Of a stretch of DNA of 64,000 nucleotides, positions 54,529 through 63,834 are shown piece after piece. A program made the translations under genes and the position numbers. The DNA is from a virus. Its lineage: Duplodnaviria; Caudoviricetes. Where the stretch lies: positions 1-64,000 of the IMG/VR virus record IMGVR_UViG_2518645549_000001; one strand, written 5' to 3'. Numbering within the stretch: the first letter of the stretch is position 1; each line of letters starts with the position of its first letter. Below the pieces are notes generated by a model. The model did not search any database and was not told the DNA's origin. It saw only the letters and a list, made by a program, of their open reading frames with translations.

Positions 54529-54690
54529 ATGAAATATCGAATCAAAGAGTTGAAGCTGGATAACGACGTAACCGTCGAATACGTCGAATGCGTGAAGCAA
54601 GAAGGAAGAGTCAGCGTTTGTCAGCTCATTTCCCTGTGGCGCTTTACCGAAGCGCAGATCCAATCAATACGCGCCAAGGGCACCATCTAG
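54529..54690 (+). CDS. Small moron protein (53 aa)
   Basis: GAGGT RBS; MKYRIKELKLDNDVTVEYVEC...; AT-rich; below the track cut-off. Confidence 0.5.
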   Translation: MKYRIKELKLDNDVTVEYVECVKQEGRVSVCQLISLWRFTEAQIQSIRAKGTI

Positions 54691-55046
54691 ACATGTTGGC
54701 CGCCGACCAGCTCGGCTTGTCGTTGGTCGGCCGGCCACCCAAGATCCAGTAGCGGTCCTATAGGAATCAATGGCTGCACAGTCGCCGCCGCATCCCGCTC
54801 TGCCTCTTCTTTGGTCCACCAGAAGGCAGTACCAACCATCCAGGCTATAGGGTCGGGGTGGGGCTGAGGGGCTGACTGCGGTGCATTCTTCAGCAGTGCA
54901 CTCCAAAGAGACCTTGCGAGGTCCGGGTGCATGCATACCCCATTGAGCATTTCACGCGTCAACACGCGCGGTACGCTGACCATATCGATGATCCCCTCGA
55001 TATGGTCATGCTGCTCGATGGTGCTGGATCGGTTTTCTGTGGGCAT
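54687..55046 (-). CDS. Hypothetical protein with MPTENRSS leader
   Basis: N-terminus shared with 6561-7244. Confidence 0.6.
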   Translation of the reverse strand: MPTENRSSTIEQHDHIEGIIDMVSVPRVLTREMLNGVCMHPDLARSLWSALLKNAPQSAPQPHPDPIAWMVGTAFWWTKEEAERDAAATVQPLIPIGPLLDLGWPADQRQAELVGGQHV

Positions 55047-55122
55047 GGGAAAGCTTTTCCTGATTCAGTAAATGTGGTGACTGCTATTATTGTTTTGGGG
55101 TCAAATAAGTTGGGGGATTACT

Positions 55123-55353
55123 ATGAGAATGCTGCTCAGCTTGAGTGTCGTTATCTTCACTATTTGGCTGTCTGGCTGTGATGCTGAGGCACAACTTGTA
55201 GCGCCCCCAGCATGTTCATGCACGACGTCAACGATTGCAGACAGGTCCGCAATGATCTCGAACTGCACCTGCGGAGCGTTGCAATGTGTAACCGTAATGG
55301 GAGCAAACACCTCAGGTTATAACCCAGACCCTAGAGCGCTCTACTGCAAGTAA
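55123..55353 (+). CDS. Cys-rich lipoprotein moron
   Basis: Signal peptide with lipobox LSGC; six further Cys. Confidence 0.7.
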   Translation: MRMLLSLSVVIFTIWLSGCDAEAQLVAPPACSCTTSTIADRSAMISNCTCGALQCVTVMGANTSGYNPDPRALYCK

Positions 55354-55416
55354 CTTCACAGTGAGATGCGCCATGGCTTGCTTCTGGGGAAGCGCTTCTC
55401 TATGAGCATTGGCACC

Positions 55417-56763
55417 TCAAGCGATGCGTTCAAGTTGTTGTTGGATGCGAAGGCCAATCCAGCGGACCACAAAGACGGCCTTGCTGTTGCCGATCGCCTT
55501 GTAGCGCGGGCCGTCCGGGCATTCATCGGCGGACTTGCCGCGATAGGGGATGCGGGTGTGGTCGCCGGGAAAACCCTGAAGCCATTCGCACTCTCGCGGG
55601 GTGAGTCGCCGAACGCCGGTGGAGGCCTGAACCATTGGCTGGCCCCGGCCGGTGCCGTCCTCGCTGGCGTCAAAGCCCTCGGCCTTCAGCGTGTGCGTGA
55701 TATCGCCAGTGATGCACACTGCTACCTGGCCACCGGCATTGGGATAGCTGGCGCCATGGCCCATTGCGCGTAACGTTGGCGCCACATCTCCAGCGTCGGC
55801 GCCGTGGTCCTTGCAGCTGAAGGCGAGCAGGGCGTTTTCTTGGCCGCTGTTCCGGCCTAGGGCGAAGGCCTGATCATCAAGGACGCATGGATCCTGCGTG
55901 CCATGGACAACGAAGCTTTCGACCTCGAAATCACACTTCTGACCTTTGGCAACCAGAGTCGCTGCGACATCAATCGAGCCTCCGGTCCTCCCCCCGCCAA
56001 ATGCAGATGTTTGAAGGTATCCGGCTAGGGCTTCGTCTGTGCCGGGAAAGCCTCCGCCTTCAGTGCGAGAAGCAAGGGTTCCGGCAATATCTTGCCCCTC
56101 GCCTCGGCGCGGCGGAGTATCCCGACGCAGGCCTTCGCGCTCAAAAAGTACTTCGAGGGGATCGAACCCAGCTCTAGCACTTGCGACAACGAACACACGG
56201 CGGCGTCGTTGGGCCAGGCCGAAATATTGGGCATCCAGAATCCGCCATGCGGCTGTTCGCGTGGGTCCATACACACAACCAGCGTCCTTCCATTTGCCCC
56301 CTGGCGGTTGGAGTTCTTCGGATTCGCCCACCAGGGCGCCGAGGAAGCAGCCAAACGCGTTGCCTTTGTCGGAGAGGACGCCGGGGACGTTTTCCCAGGT
56401 GCAGATGGCTTCGGGCTCGCCGCGCATGGTTCGAACATGGTCAATTGCATCGAGGAGCTCCACGTATTTGATGGTGAGGGCGCCGCGGGGATCGGCCAGG
56501 CCTTCGCGCATGCCGGCCACGCTGAAGGCTTGGCAGGGTGTGCCGCCGACCAGAACTTCGGGCGCCGGGATCTTGCCGGACAGCACCATGGCCGCCAGGC
56601 GGGTCATGTCGCCGTGGTTCGGCGTCTCCGGGTAGTGGTAGGCCAGCACGGCGCAGGGGAATGGTTCGATCTCGGCGTACCAATCGGCACGCCAGCCCAG
56701 CGGGTGCCAGGCTACGGTCGCAGCTTCAATTCCGCTGCAGACGCTTCCGTAGGTGATGGGCAT
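55417..56763 (-). CDS. DNA (cytosine-5) methyltransferase
   Basis: SVCSGIE (I), GGTPCQAFS (IV), WENVPG (VI), QRRRRVF (VIII), RRLTPREC (IX), KAIGNS (X). Confidence 0.92.
   Translation of the reverse strand: MPITYGSVCSGIEAATVAWHPLGWRADWYAEIEPFPCAVLAYHYPETPNHGDMTRLAAMVLSGKIPAPEVLVGGTPCQAFSVAGMREGLADPRGALTIKYVELLDAIDHVRTMRGEPEAICTWENVPGVLSDKGNAFGCFLGALVGESEELQPPGGKWKDAGCVYGPTRTAAWRILDAQYFGLAQRRRRVFVVASARAGFDPLEVLFEREGLRRDTPPRRGEGQDIAGTLASRTEGGGFPGTDEALAGYLQTSAFGGGRTGGSIDVAATLVAKGQKCDFEVESFVVHGTQDPCVLDDQAFALGRNSGQENALLAFSCKDHGADAGDVAPTLRAMGHGASYPNAGGQVAVCITGDITHTLKAEGFDASEDGTGRGQPMVQASTGVRRLTPRECEWLQGFPGDHTRIPYRGKSADECPDGPRYKAIGNSKAVFVVRWIGLRIQQQLERIA
56025..56450 (-). CDS. Out-of-frame gene nested in the MTase (M.EcoHK31I beta-like)
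   Basis: +1 frame, GGAG 7 nt before ATG, C-terminal SLSQVLE..IPSKYFLSAKACVGILRRAEARGK.LP..L..AL. Confidence 0.6.
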   Translation of the reverse strand: MQLTMFEPCAASPKPSAPGKTSPASSPTKATRLAASSAPWWANPKNSNRQGANGRTLVVCMDPREQPHGGFWMPNISAWPNDAAVCSLSQVLELGSIPSKYFLSAKACVGILRRAEARGKILPEPLLLALKAEAFPAQTKP

Positions 56764-56778
56764 GATGATCCTCTCGAG

Positions 56779-57729
56779 CTACTCGCACAGCCCGTAGGAT
56801 GAGGAGCAACTGTTCTGGTTATCGGTGCGGGCGATCAAGTCGACCATGTCGAACTGGCGCCCGCCGCGAGCGGTGTTGGCCCAGTCGACCATTCGGTCAA
56901 TGCCGTGGGTGTCGGCGGTTATGTTGTCGTTGGCGCGAACGGTGGGATCGTTGGTAGAAGTGAAGAACGTGGCCGATCCTCGCTTACATGCGATGCTGAC
57001 CAATCGTTCCCACTCCCGCACCCTAGCGACTTCTTCTGGCCACCTGGCGGCGATCTCTCGCAGCTCATCCTTCGCGCACATGATGCAGGGCATGCAGCCG
57101 ACTCGATTGCAGCCCTGTAGATAAAGCGGATTTGGCTTGATGCCGGCTGCACGGTGCGCCTCGAATACTGCTTCCACCGGCCATTTCAGAATGGGGCGGT
57201 AGTTGAACAGGCCGCCGCCGACCTCATCGCACTCAGGCAGGTATCTCCTGCTCAGCGACTCATCAGCTCGCACGCCCTGCCAAGACAGCACAAGGTTCTC
57301 GCCGGTCATCAGCGGCATGAAAACGTCCTCAATGATCGGGTTTCGCTTCAGCTCGTCCGTGCAAAATCGGGCCTTGGTGCTGGGGAACCGGCCTTTCCAG
57401 AGGCACATGTCGAGGAACGGGTTGCCCGTGGGGTGCAGCACTTCCAGGGCGGCCAGAACCACCGGCTCTGGCACTCCCTTTTCGCGCCACTTGGTTTCGA
57501 TGAACTTGCGCTTGCTGGCGATCTGCCGGGCAAAGTCGGCCTTTACCCAGCGGATGGGCACACCGACGGCCTCGGCCAGGTAGTGCACGTAGTCATAGGT
57601 GGCAGGGTGTTCGTGCCCGGTATCTGCAAACACGGCGCTGAGGTTCGGCACCTCCAGCTCGCGGGCGACCAGTAGGGTGGCCGTGCTGTCTTTACCGCCA
57701 CTCATGCTGACGATGTTGTATTCGGCCAT
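56779..57729 (-). CDS. PAPS reductase family (PP-loop, Fe-S) protein
   Basis: SGGKDS, DTGHE, RFCTDELK, GVRADES, NPLY..G..RVGCMPC. Confidence 0.88.
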   Translation of the reverse strand: MAEYNIVSMSGGKDSTATLLVARELEVPNLSAVFADTGHEHPATYDYVHYLAEAVGVPIRWVKADFARQIASKRKFIETKWREKGVPEPVVLAALEVLHPTGNPFLDMCLWKGRFPSTKARFCTDELKRNPIIEDVFMPLMTGENLVLSWQGVRADESLSRRYLPECDEVGGGLFNYRPILKWPVEAVFEAHRAAGIKPNPLYLQGCNRVGCMPCIMCAKDELREIAARWPEEVARVREWERLVSIACKRGSATFFTSTNDPTVRANDNITADTHGIDRMVDWANTARGGRQFDMVDLIARTDNQNSCSSSYGLCE

Positions 57730-57818
57730 CGTGTGGTCCTTGCGTGCAGGCGCCGCTCTCGCCGAGGAGGCGCAATTCTGATTGGGCTACAGTTGAGCTG
57801 TTGATTGGAGGGCAGCTG

Positions 57819-58202
57819 ATGCTGAAAATCGGTGAAGACACAGCCTGGATAGGCGATTACTACGACTACATCCGTGACGGGTGCGCAAAAGAGGCGTACG
57901 CATTGCTGATCGGAACCCTCGTCTGCATGAAATCGGTCACCTGCTACCGGAAGCGTCAGGGTGAAGTGCGCTCAGTAGGAATCGAAGTTGATGGAGAGTG
58001 CTGGTTTGCACTCATGCCGACCCAGGGTTGGCTGACATTCCAATGGCGACCGCCTGTGACTAGGGCAAAAAGGTACAGCGCGGCTCATGTTCGTGCACAA
58101 TTCCCGGACAGCTTCACACTCCCCCAGGATGAGCACTGGGCGGTGCGGGTCAACACGATCGAGGATGCTTTGCTGTTGCTTCTGATCCTCGACCTGAGCT
58201 GA
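57819..58202 (+). CDS. Moron hypothetical protein
   Basis: GGAGG RBS, 127 aa. Confidence 0.65.
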   Translation: MLKIGEDTAWIGDYYDYIRDGCAKEAYALLIGTLVCMKSVTCYRKRQGEVRSVGIEVDGECWFALMPTQGWLTFQWRPPVTRAKRYSAAHVRAQFPDSFTLPQDEHWAVRVNTIEDALLLLLILDLS

Positions 58203-58267
58203 TGCCGGGAGGCGTTATCGTTGAATAGGGGTGATATGCTTCGCCGCTTACCAGAAGGAGAGTGGTG

Positions 58268-58465
58268 ATGCTTTTGCGTGAGGGGCTTCGAACGTTCCAG
58301 CTATGGTTCAATCCGAAGCGCAGACGGTGGACTGGCGTGATGCTGATCGCGCTTGGGGTGGTCGGGATGTTTCTCAACCCGGAAAGCCGGTGGACCGTGG
58401 TGTTAGGAACAGGGATCTATTGGTTCTTCACGGCTTTACCACCAGTACTTGGCGGCAAGCGCTAA
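58268..58465 (+). CDS. Small two-TM moron protein
   Basis: AAGGAG RBS; two hydrophobic helices. Confidence 0.6.
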   Translation: MLLREGLRTFQLWFNPKRRRWTGVMLIALGVVGMFLNPESRWTVVLGTGIYWFFTALPPVLGGKR

Positions 58466-58570
58466 GGCACCGATAGCTGAAGTACGAGAACTTTGAACTT
58501 CTGAGAAGCCTGATGGCTCTGAGCCAGTCCCGCTAAGCACAGGGCAAGGCGGCCTCTCAGAGATTCAGTC

Positions 58571-58669
58571 ATGTTTTCGGAAGACTTCTACGGCGTGTTC
58601 CTGGTTGCCGAATCGGTATTGGCATTCACCGTGCTGGCAGTCGCATACCATTGGAACCGAGGCGCTTAA
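58571..58669 (+). CDS. Putative 32 aa membrane peptide
   Basis: MFSEDFYGVFLVAESVLAFTVLAVAYHWNRGA; weak RBS. Confidence 0.35.
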   Translation: MFSEDFYGVFLVAESVLAFTVLAVAYHWNRGA

Positions 58670-58737
58670 GCCCCTGGAGTTATCCAAGATGAGGGCGCCC
58701 CTCTTTCGGGTGGTGGCATTTTGATGTCGTATCGTGT

Positions 58738-59028
58738 TTGATGCTGCACAGGCCTTCTATGGAGAGAACCGGAGTGCTGACTATTGGCGTGGTTGAAAGG
58801 ATTAACCAGGATCGTATCGCAATCTGGGTGGAGGAGCAGAGCGCCTACACCGTCATTGCGTTGCAGTCGACTGCCCAGATCGAGCAGGGCGATGTCATGT
58901 GCTGGCGTGATCGATCCTCTACGGGATCATGTAATTACTGGAACGCGACCAAAGGCTGGAATGCTGAGGTGAGCGTGCAGGCTCAGGATGTCGCGATTGA
59001 TCTGCTAGGACAGCATCTCAACTGGTGA
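58738..59028 (+). CDS. Moron hypothetical protein (beta-rich)
   Basis: ORF downstream of a GTGGCATTTTG linker; start uncertain. Confidence 0.55.
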   Translation: MMLHRPSMERTGVLTIGVVERINQDRIAIWVEEQSAYTVIALQSTAQIEQGDVMCWRDRSSTGSCNYWNATKGWNAEVSVQAQDVAIDLLGQHLNW

Positions 59029-59224
59029 CATTGGCGTGTGCTGGAGTGTTCCAATCCTGCCACCTACGGAGAAGCGTTGTCGTTGAATATGGGCAGGCGC
59101 TGACGGGCGGCGCCGTCTGGGTGAATGTGGCAGGCAGGTGATATGCTTCGCCGCTCACCAAACAAGGATGGTGGTAATGGGGTTGCGAGATCGAGGAAGA
59201 TCGCCAAGATCAGGAGCTGCCGCG

Positions 59225-59632
59225 ATGAAGACCCGAACGGCATCATTCATAGGGCTCGCGATTTGGATAGCGTTTCTTTGGCTGGGAAAGCCATCTGCGT
59301 CGTTGATCAGCTATTCTGTGCCGTTTGGAATTGCTCTGATCGCCACAGGCCCCCTCGAACTGATCCCAGATCGTTGGCACAGGCTTAATTTCCTCGTCAA
59401 TGCCCTGGCGACTGGATTCTTCTTTGTCAGCATAATGTTTGCGATAGTGGCAATCTCTTTCGCCCTGTCATTGAGCACAAGCGAGCGTTCGATTTTCTGC
59501 CTTGCTGGATGGGCAACGCTGTTGATTGTCTACCATTTCGCAATCCCTCGGCTGAAGCGGTCGCCGTTTCACCGACTCAGCCAGGATAGAGGGATGTACA
59601 GCTCTCCAACGGATGACGATAAACGGAACTGA
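59225..59632 (+). CDS. Four-TM moron protein
   Basis: AGGAG RBS; four hydrophobic segments. Confidence 0.6.
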   Translation: MKTRTASFIGLAIWIAFLWLGKPSASLISYSVPFGIALIATGPLELIPDRWHRLNFLVNALATGFFFVSIMFAIVAISFALSLSTSERSIFCLAGWATLLIVYHFAIPRLKRSPFHRLSQDRGMYSSPTDDDKRN

Positions 59633-59687
59633 GATCAGATAGGCCAATGCCTGAGCAGATTAGTCGCTGGCGGGCAGCGCAGGAGGG

Positions 59688-60285
59688 TCAGGCCGCGCGT
59701 CGAATTTTTTCGGCGCGGCGCTCAGCCAGCTTGAGTCGAAGCGCTTCCTTGTAGCTGGCCTTGGCCGCTTTCATGGTACGAGCCCACTCGCCTGCGACCT
59801 CAACAGTCTCGTAGGGCGACCAGTGCGCGAAACGGGTAGGCCTGCGATGCTCGCAGTAGGCGCTGCCGCGTGGGTAGCGCACCATCCGGTATTCATAGTC
59901 TCCCCAGGTGCCGCGCTGCTGGATCTGGGGCTGGTTGATCCCGAGGAAGTGGGCGAAGCCGTCATAGCATTCGCACTCGTCGAGATAGGCATCGAACTTG
60001 GTGTACTTTCGCGGAGGCGGCGGCGGGGGAAGCTTGGCCAGCGCAAACTGCTTCCCTTCAGGCGTTGCCCGGTACACCACGTCATTAGCATCACAGAAGG
60101 CCGGCGCCTTGCCGCGCGTCATCAGTCCAGCCTCTACGAGTACATCCAGGTTATTGGCGTCGTCATAGCCTGGGCTGGTGAGGAAGTGGTTTCTTCCGCC
60201 AGTTCGGCAGCTTGGATTTAGTCCCAGGGTGTGCCAGAGCAGGTTGAGCTGCTTCTCGGTGGCTTCGATCATGACTTTCTCCATG
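59688..60285 (-). CDS. Phage hypothetical protein
   Basis: LLWHTLG...RNHF...LVEAGLM; bracketed by linker repeats. Confidence 0.7.
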
Positions 60286-60376
60286 CATGCGCCGCCCTCC
60301 GTGGCCGGATGCGGCATGGTGGCAATTTGGTTTGGGATGGGGTATTGGTATCTATTTAAATCGGGACTGGTAAAGC

Positions 60377-61167
60377 ATGAATAACGCTGCGCGGAGCCTA
60401 GATGTCGAATCCTTCCAGCAGTTCCAAGGCTTTTTGGAGGGGTGCTCTGGCCGGACAAAGTGGGCCTCAGTTAACGCAATTTCCCACCTTCGAAAGTCCG
60501 TAGAAATTTCGAGCATTGACCCGGCTATGGCTGCGTTTCGAGCCGTGTGCGCGGAAGAAGAGGCCGCGACTGCATTGATAAACTCACTGAAAGAGGTGGG
60601 CTATGAGGGCGCAGAAAAACTCTACTTCCGAAAACACGAAGATAAGCATGCCGTAGTTCTATTTGTAGGTACGGTCATGCAGTGGTTTCAAAACCGTAAG
60701 GCGCAGGCAGGCGATCAGTTTGGCCAGCACCGAATTTTTTTGATGACATTGATGGCCGCAACGGCCTACGTTTAGCTATACAACTCGGCCGCTCGAATAC
60801 GGCGGTTCATCCGACACCCCCTTTGCATCTCGTGGTGCAAGGGGCGAGGACGCTAGCGGAAGAATTTCAGGATGAGATGAAGTATCTCCTAGGGCTTGAG
60901 AAGACCCACGAGATCAGACGGCTAATAGATCAACGAGCGAATTTCAGGAACACGCTCTTATATGCAACTCCTACAGGCATTCCGAAACCTGTTGGGGACG
61001 TTAAAGGGTTCATAGATAATCAAATTGGGATCGTTAACCATCTGCTGATAGCCTTGGCATTGATTGACCCATGGCGGCTGCCGAAGTACCCCCTATCGGG
61101 AATAGTTTCCGTGTCAATCGATGTTTTTGTGGATCTCATGGATCGAGTCAGAAAAGACAAGGCCTGA
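60377..61167 (+). pseudogene. AbiV/HEPN-like moron, frameshifted at a T7 run
   Basis: AEEEAA, KHEDK, RNTLLYA motifs; T7 at 60735-60741, T8 would join 60377-60775 to the 60823-61167 frame. Confidence 0.55.
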
Positions 61168-61678
61168 GCTCGGGCCTAAGAATCTCGTCCCCTGGATCCT
61201 GCTGAATCATCAGCATGCTCTTCTGGTCGAAGGCCCGGGCCAACTTTGGCGAGATGCTGATCTTATGCCGCGGCGGGGTGAGAAACTTCGCCGCGTGCAG
61301 CGCGCCCAGGGCGTGAATGCCGTTGATCAGCGCCTCGATCATCTGGCTGTATGTGGCGTCGGCCCAGCCGCAGATAGCTCTCAGGTGCTGTCCGGTTCTC
61401 TTCCGGGCTGACAGCCGCAGCGGCTCATTCCGCGCCACAGAACGGTGAGCCTCGATTTCGTGGCGCGCAATCCGGAACAGCGCGTGATGCCCGAGCGCTT
61501 CGATGTGATGAATCATCAGCGTCATCGCCTCGCCCTGTTCCTCGATCCCGGCCCACTCCATCAGCTCCAGCAGGGCCTGCTTAGTCCCTGGTCGAACCTT
61601 CAAGCGCAGGTCTTCTTCCTGCAGGCGCTCGGCCTTCTCGCGCCGTCGCTTGTCGCGCTCTTGCGATGTCATCGCCAT
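61148..61678 (-). CDS. Tandem RHH-like protein
   Basis: Paralogue of 10435-10956. Confidence 0.7.
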   Translation of the reverse strand: MAMTSQERDKRRREKAERLQEEDLRLKVRPGTKQALLELMEWAGIEEQGEAMTLMIHHIEALGHHALFRIARHEIEAHRSVARNEPLRLSARKRTGQHLRAICGWADATYSQMIEALINGIHALGALHAAKFLTPPRHKISISPKLARAFDQKSMLMIQQDPGDEILRPELRPCLF

Positions 61679-61927
61679 ACGGCACCTCCTTCAATCCGCT
61701 GGGCGGGATGTGTATGTGCAGCTGGCGGCGACGCTGCTGCGTTAGCTTCTGGATGCGTCTCATGGGTGGCACACCTCAATGGGCGTTTTCTTCGTCGAGC
61801 CAGACGGCATAACCACCAGTAGACGCTTGTTTCCTCGGTATACGCCCCAAGGCTGACCAGTGGATCTGGCCATGGCCGCCGCGTACTTCACGGCGGGCAC
61901 AGGTTGCGACATCGTGGCGATCATGGC

Positions 61928-62446
61928 CTACCCTCGATTCCGCTGGAGCGGGAAGTCAATGTCGAACTCGGCAATGATGCGCGCGAACCTGCAGTTACCG
62001 ATGCCCAGCTCCAAAGTCACGCCCCACCGGGACTTGCCGGCATCACGCAGGGCAATGATCTTGTCGGCGAGTTCACGATCCTCCTGGCTCGGTTCGGCCT
62101 TTACCTTCGTCGGTCTGTCCGGCTTCGGTGGAGTGAAGAACCTGAATCCTCCCCGCGCTGCTACGCCCCAGAGAGCGGTCTTGGTTTCGCCCAGGAGCTT
62201 TGCGACCTCGCCACAGGTCATGGTCTTGGCGAGCTCTTCTACCTGAGCTGTGCGCGCCTTGGCGCGGCTTTTACGCTCGCCGCCGCGCTCCTGCTTGACT
62301 GGCTTGACCCGCTTCGGCTTCGGCTCAGGGTGATGGCGCTGCCGGAATGGCACGTACTGGAACCCCTCCAGCACAATGATCCGGCCGCCAGACGAGAAGA
62401 AGGCCGCTTTAGCGGCCTCCAGGTCGATTGATTGGTTCATGGTCAC
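61928..62446 (-). CDS. Phage HTH-containing protein
   Basis: Paralogue of 11206-11718. Confidence 0.7.
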   Translation of the reverse strand: MTMNQSIDLEAAKAAFFSSGGRIIVLEGFQYVPFRQRHHPEPKPKRVKPVKQERGGERKSRAKARTAQVEELAKTMTCGEVAKLLGETKTALWGVAARGGFRFFTPPKPDRPTKVKAEPSQEDRELADKIIALRDAGKSRWGVTLELGIGNCRFARIIAEFDIDFPLQRNRG

Positions 62447-62447
62447 C

Positions 62448-63065
62448 TCATGCAGCGATTCCGAGCACGCGATTCATGCGCTCGTCGAGGATTTCGTAGA
62501 AGGTCTTCACGCGCTCGGACAGCTTGCGGATCATCGCCTCGTCACGGTAGGCGCGCTTCACGAACAGAGGCATGCCCGGCCAGTAGCAGATAAAGTCGAT
62601 CCACTCGCGCTCCGATACCCACAGGCCGCCCTGGCACTGGGCAACGTGCTCTTTCGGGATCTCGCCGCCCAGGATCACGTCCACCTGCAGCTTCGGCAGC
62701 TTGGTCTTGATCTCGGTCAGGCCCTTGTCGCCTACCAGGGCGTCCGGCGAGTAGCCCATTCCGTGGTTGAGTATTATTCCGACCTCGGTCGTTTCGACCT
62801 CCTCGCTGTCGCGGTAGAGGTTGCGAGCAACGCCTTCCAGCTCATGGCCTCGCTCGGTATGCCGATTGCCACTGAACGGATCGGCCGCTTCGCCGGTGAT
62901 ACGTTCGCCGATCAGCGTGTTCATGTAGGTGAATGCGCCGGCGCCGAAGCCGGCTTCACCCTTGCCGTTCACGAGCAGGCAGTCCAGTTCACTGCAGGTG
63001 ATGATGCCCAGGCGCAGGTCTAGCCAGGCCTGAGTGCCTTGTTCGACATCTGAGATGATCTGCAT
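62448..63065 (-). CDS. YqaJ / lambda exonuclease family
   Basis: QGTQAWLDLRLG, RGHELE, YSPDALV, EIKT, QCQGGLW. Confidence 0.9.
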   Translation of the reverse strand: MQIISDVEQGTQAWLDLRLGIITCSELDCLLVNGKGEAGFGAGAFTYMNTLIGERITGEAADPFSGNRHTERGHELEGVARNLYRDSEEVETTEVGIILNHGMGYSPDALVGDKGLTEIKTKLPKLQVDVILGGEIPKEHVAQCQGGLWVSEREWIDFICYWPGMPLFVKRAYRDEAMIRKLSERVKTFYEILDERMNRVLGIAA

Positions 63066-63068
63066 GGT

Positions 63069-63827
63069 TTACTCCTGCGGCCGGCTGGCCGACTTGGTGA
63101 GGCGAGCGAGCACAACGTCGAACTCGGATTTGTAGACGTTGGCAGCGCAGCCGTACTTGGCGGTGAAGTTGTCGACCAGGACTTGGCTGCATTTTTTCAG
63201 CAGCCCATCGAGTTGGGCGGCTTGGCGCGGTGTGATGACCGGCTCATCAGGCACTTGCATCGGTACGGCTCCTTGGCCGTCATCGTCTTCGCCAGTAGTG
63301 GTGAAGTTCAGAAGAGCGCCGGCCGTGTAGCGCTTCCCGTAGCTGACAGAACTGGCAACGGCCTGGACGGCATTCTTGCTGCCGGTAGCATCGGCTGGCA
63401 GGAGGATTGATGTGGTTTCCCTGTGGCCGTCTCGATGACTAAGCACGCCCTCAACCTCGATGCCTTTGTCGGTGCGTGGAATTCGGAAGGTGAGAGCAAA
63501 GCCGTGCTTCGCCAGGATGGGCTTCAACTCTTCGTTGATGTCCTCCCATAGGGCGTAGGTAGATTGGACGTTCTTGTACTTGTCCTTGATTGCGCCGCGC
63601 TCACGGATAACCGGAAGCTCTTCCTGCATGGCGGCTAGCGCGGCATCGAACGCTTGCTGCGCCTGTTGTGCTTGGTGCTGGCGGTGCATCGCCATCAATC
63701 GCTCCATCTTGTCGATGTCTGCATTGGGGGACATTGCGACTTGCTGGATGATCTGCAGGATGGTCGCCGACTCGGCGGCTACAGCCTGTGGCTGGGAATG
63801 GGTTTCGACCCTGGCTACTTGGCTCAT
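63069..63827 (-). CDS. erf: ERF family annealing protein
   Basis: PILAKHG, QAVASSVSYGKRY, EDDDG. Confidence 0.88.
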   Translation of the reverse strand: MSQVARVETHSQPQAVAAESATILQIIQQVAMSPNADIDKMERLMAMHRQHQAQQAQQAFDAALAAMQEELPVIRERGAIKDKYKNVQSTYALWEDINEELKPILAKHGFALTFRIPRTDKGIEVEGVLSHRDGHRETTSILLPADATGSKNAVQAVASSVSYGKRYTAGALLNFTTTGEDDDGQGAVPMQVPDEPVITPRQAAQLDGLLKKCSQVLVDNFTAKYGCAANVYKSEFDVVLARLTKSASRPQE

Positions 63828-63834
63828 GGCGACC

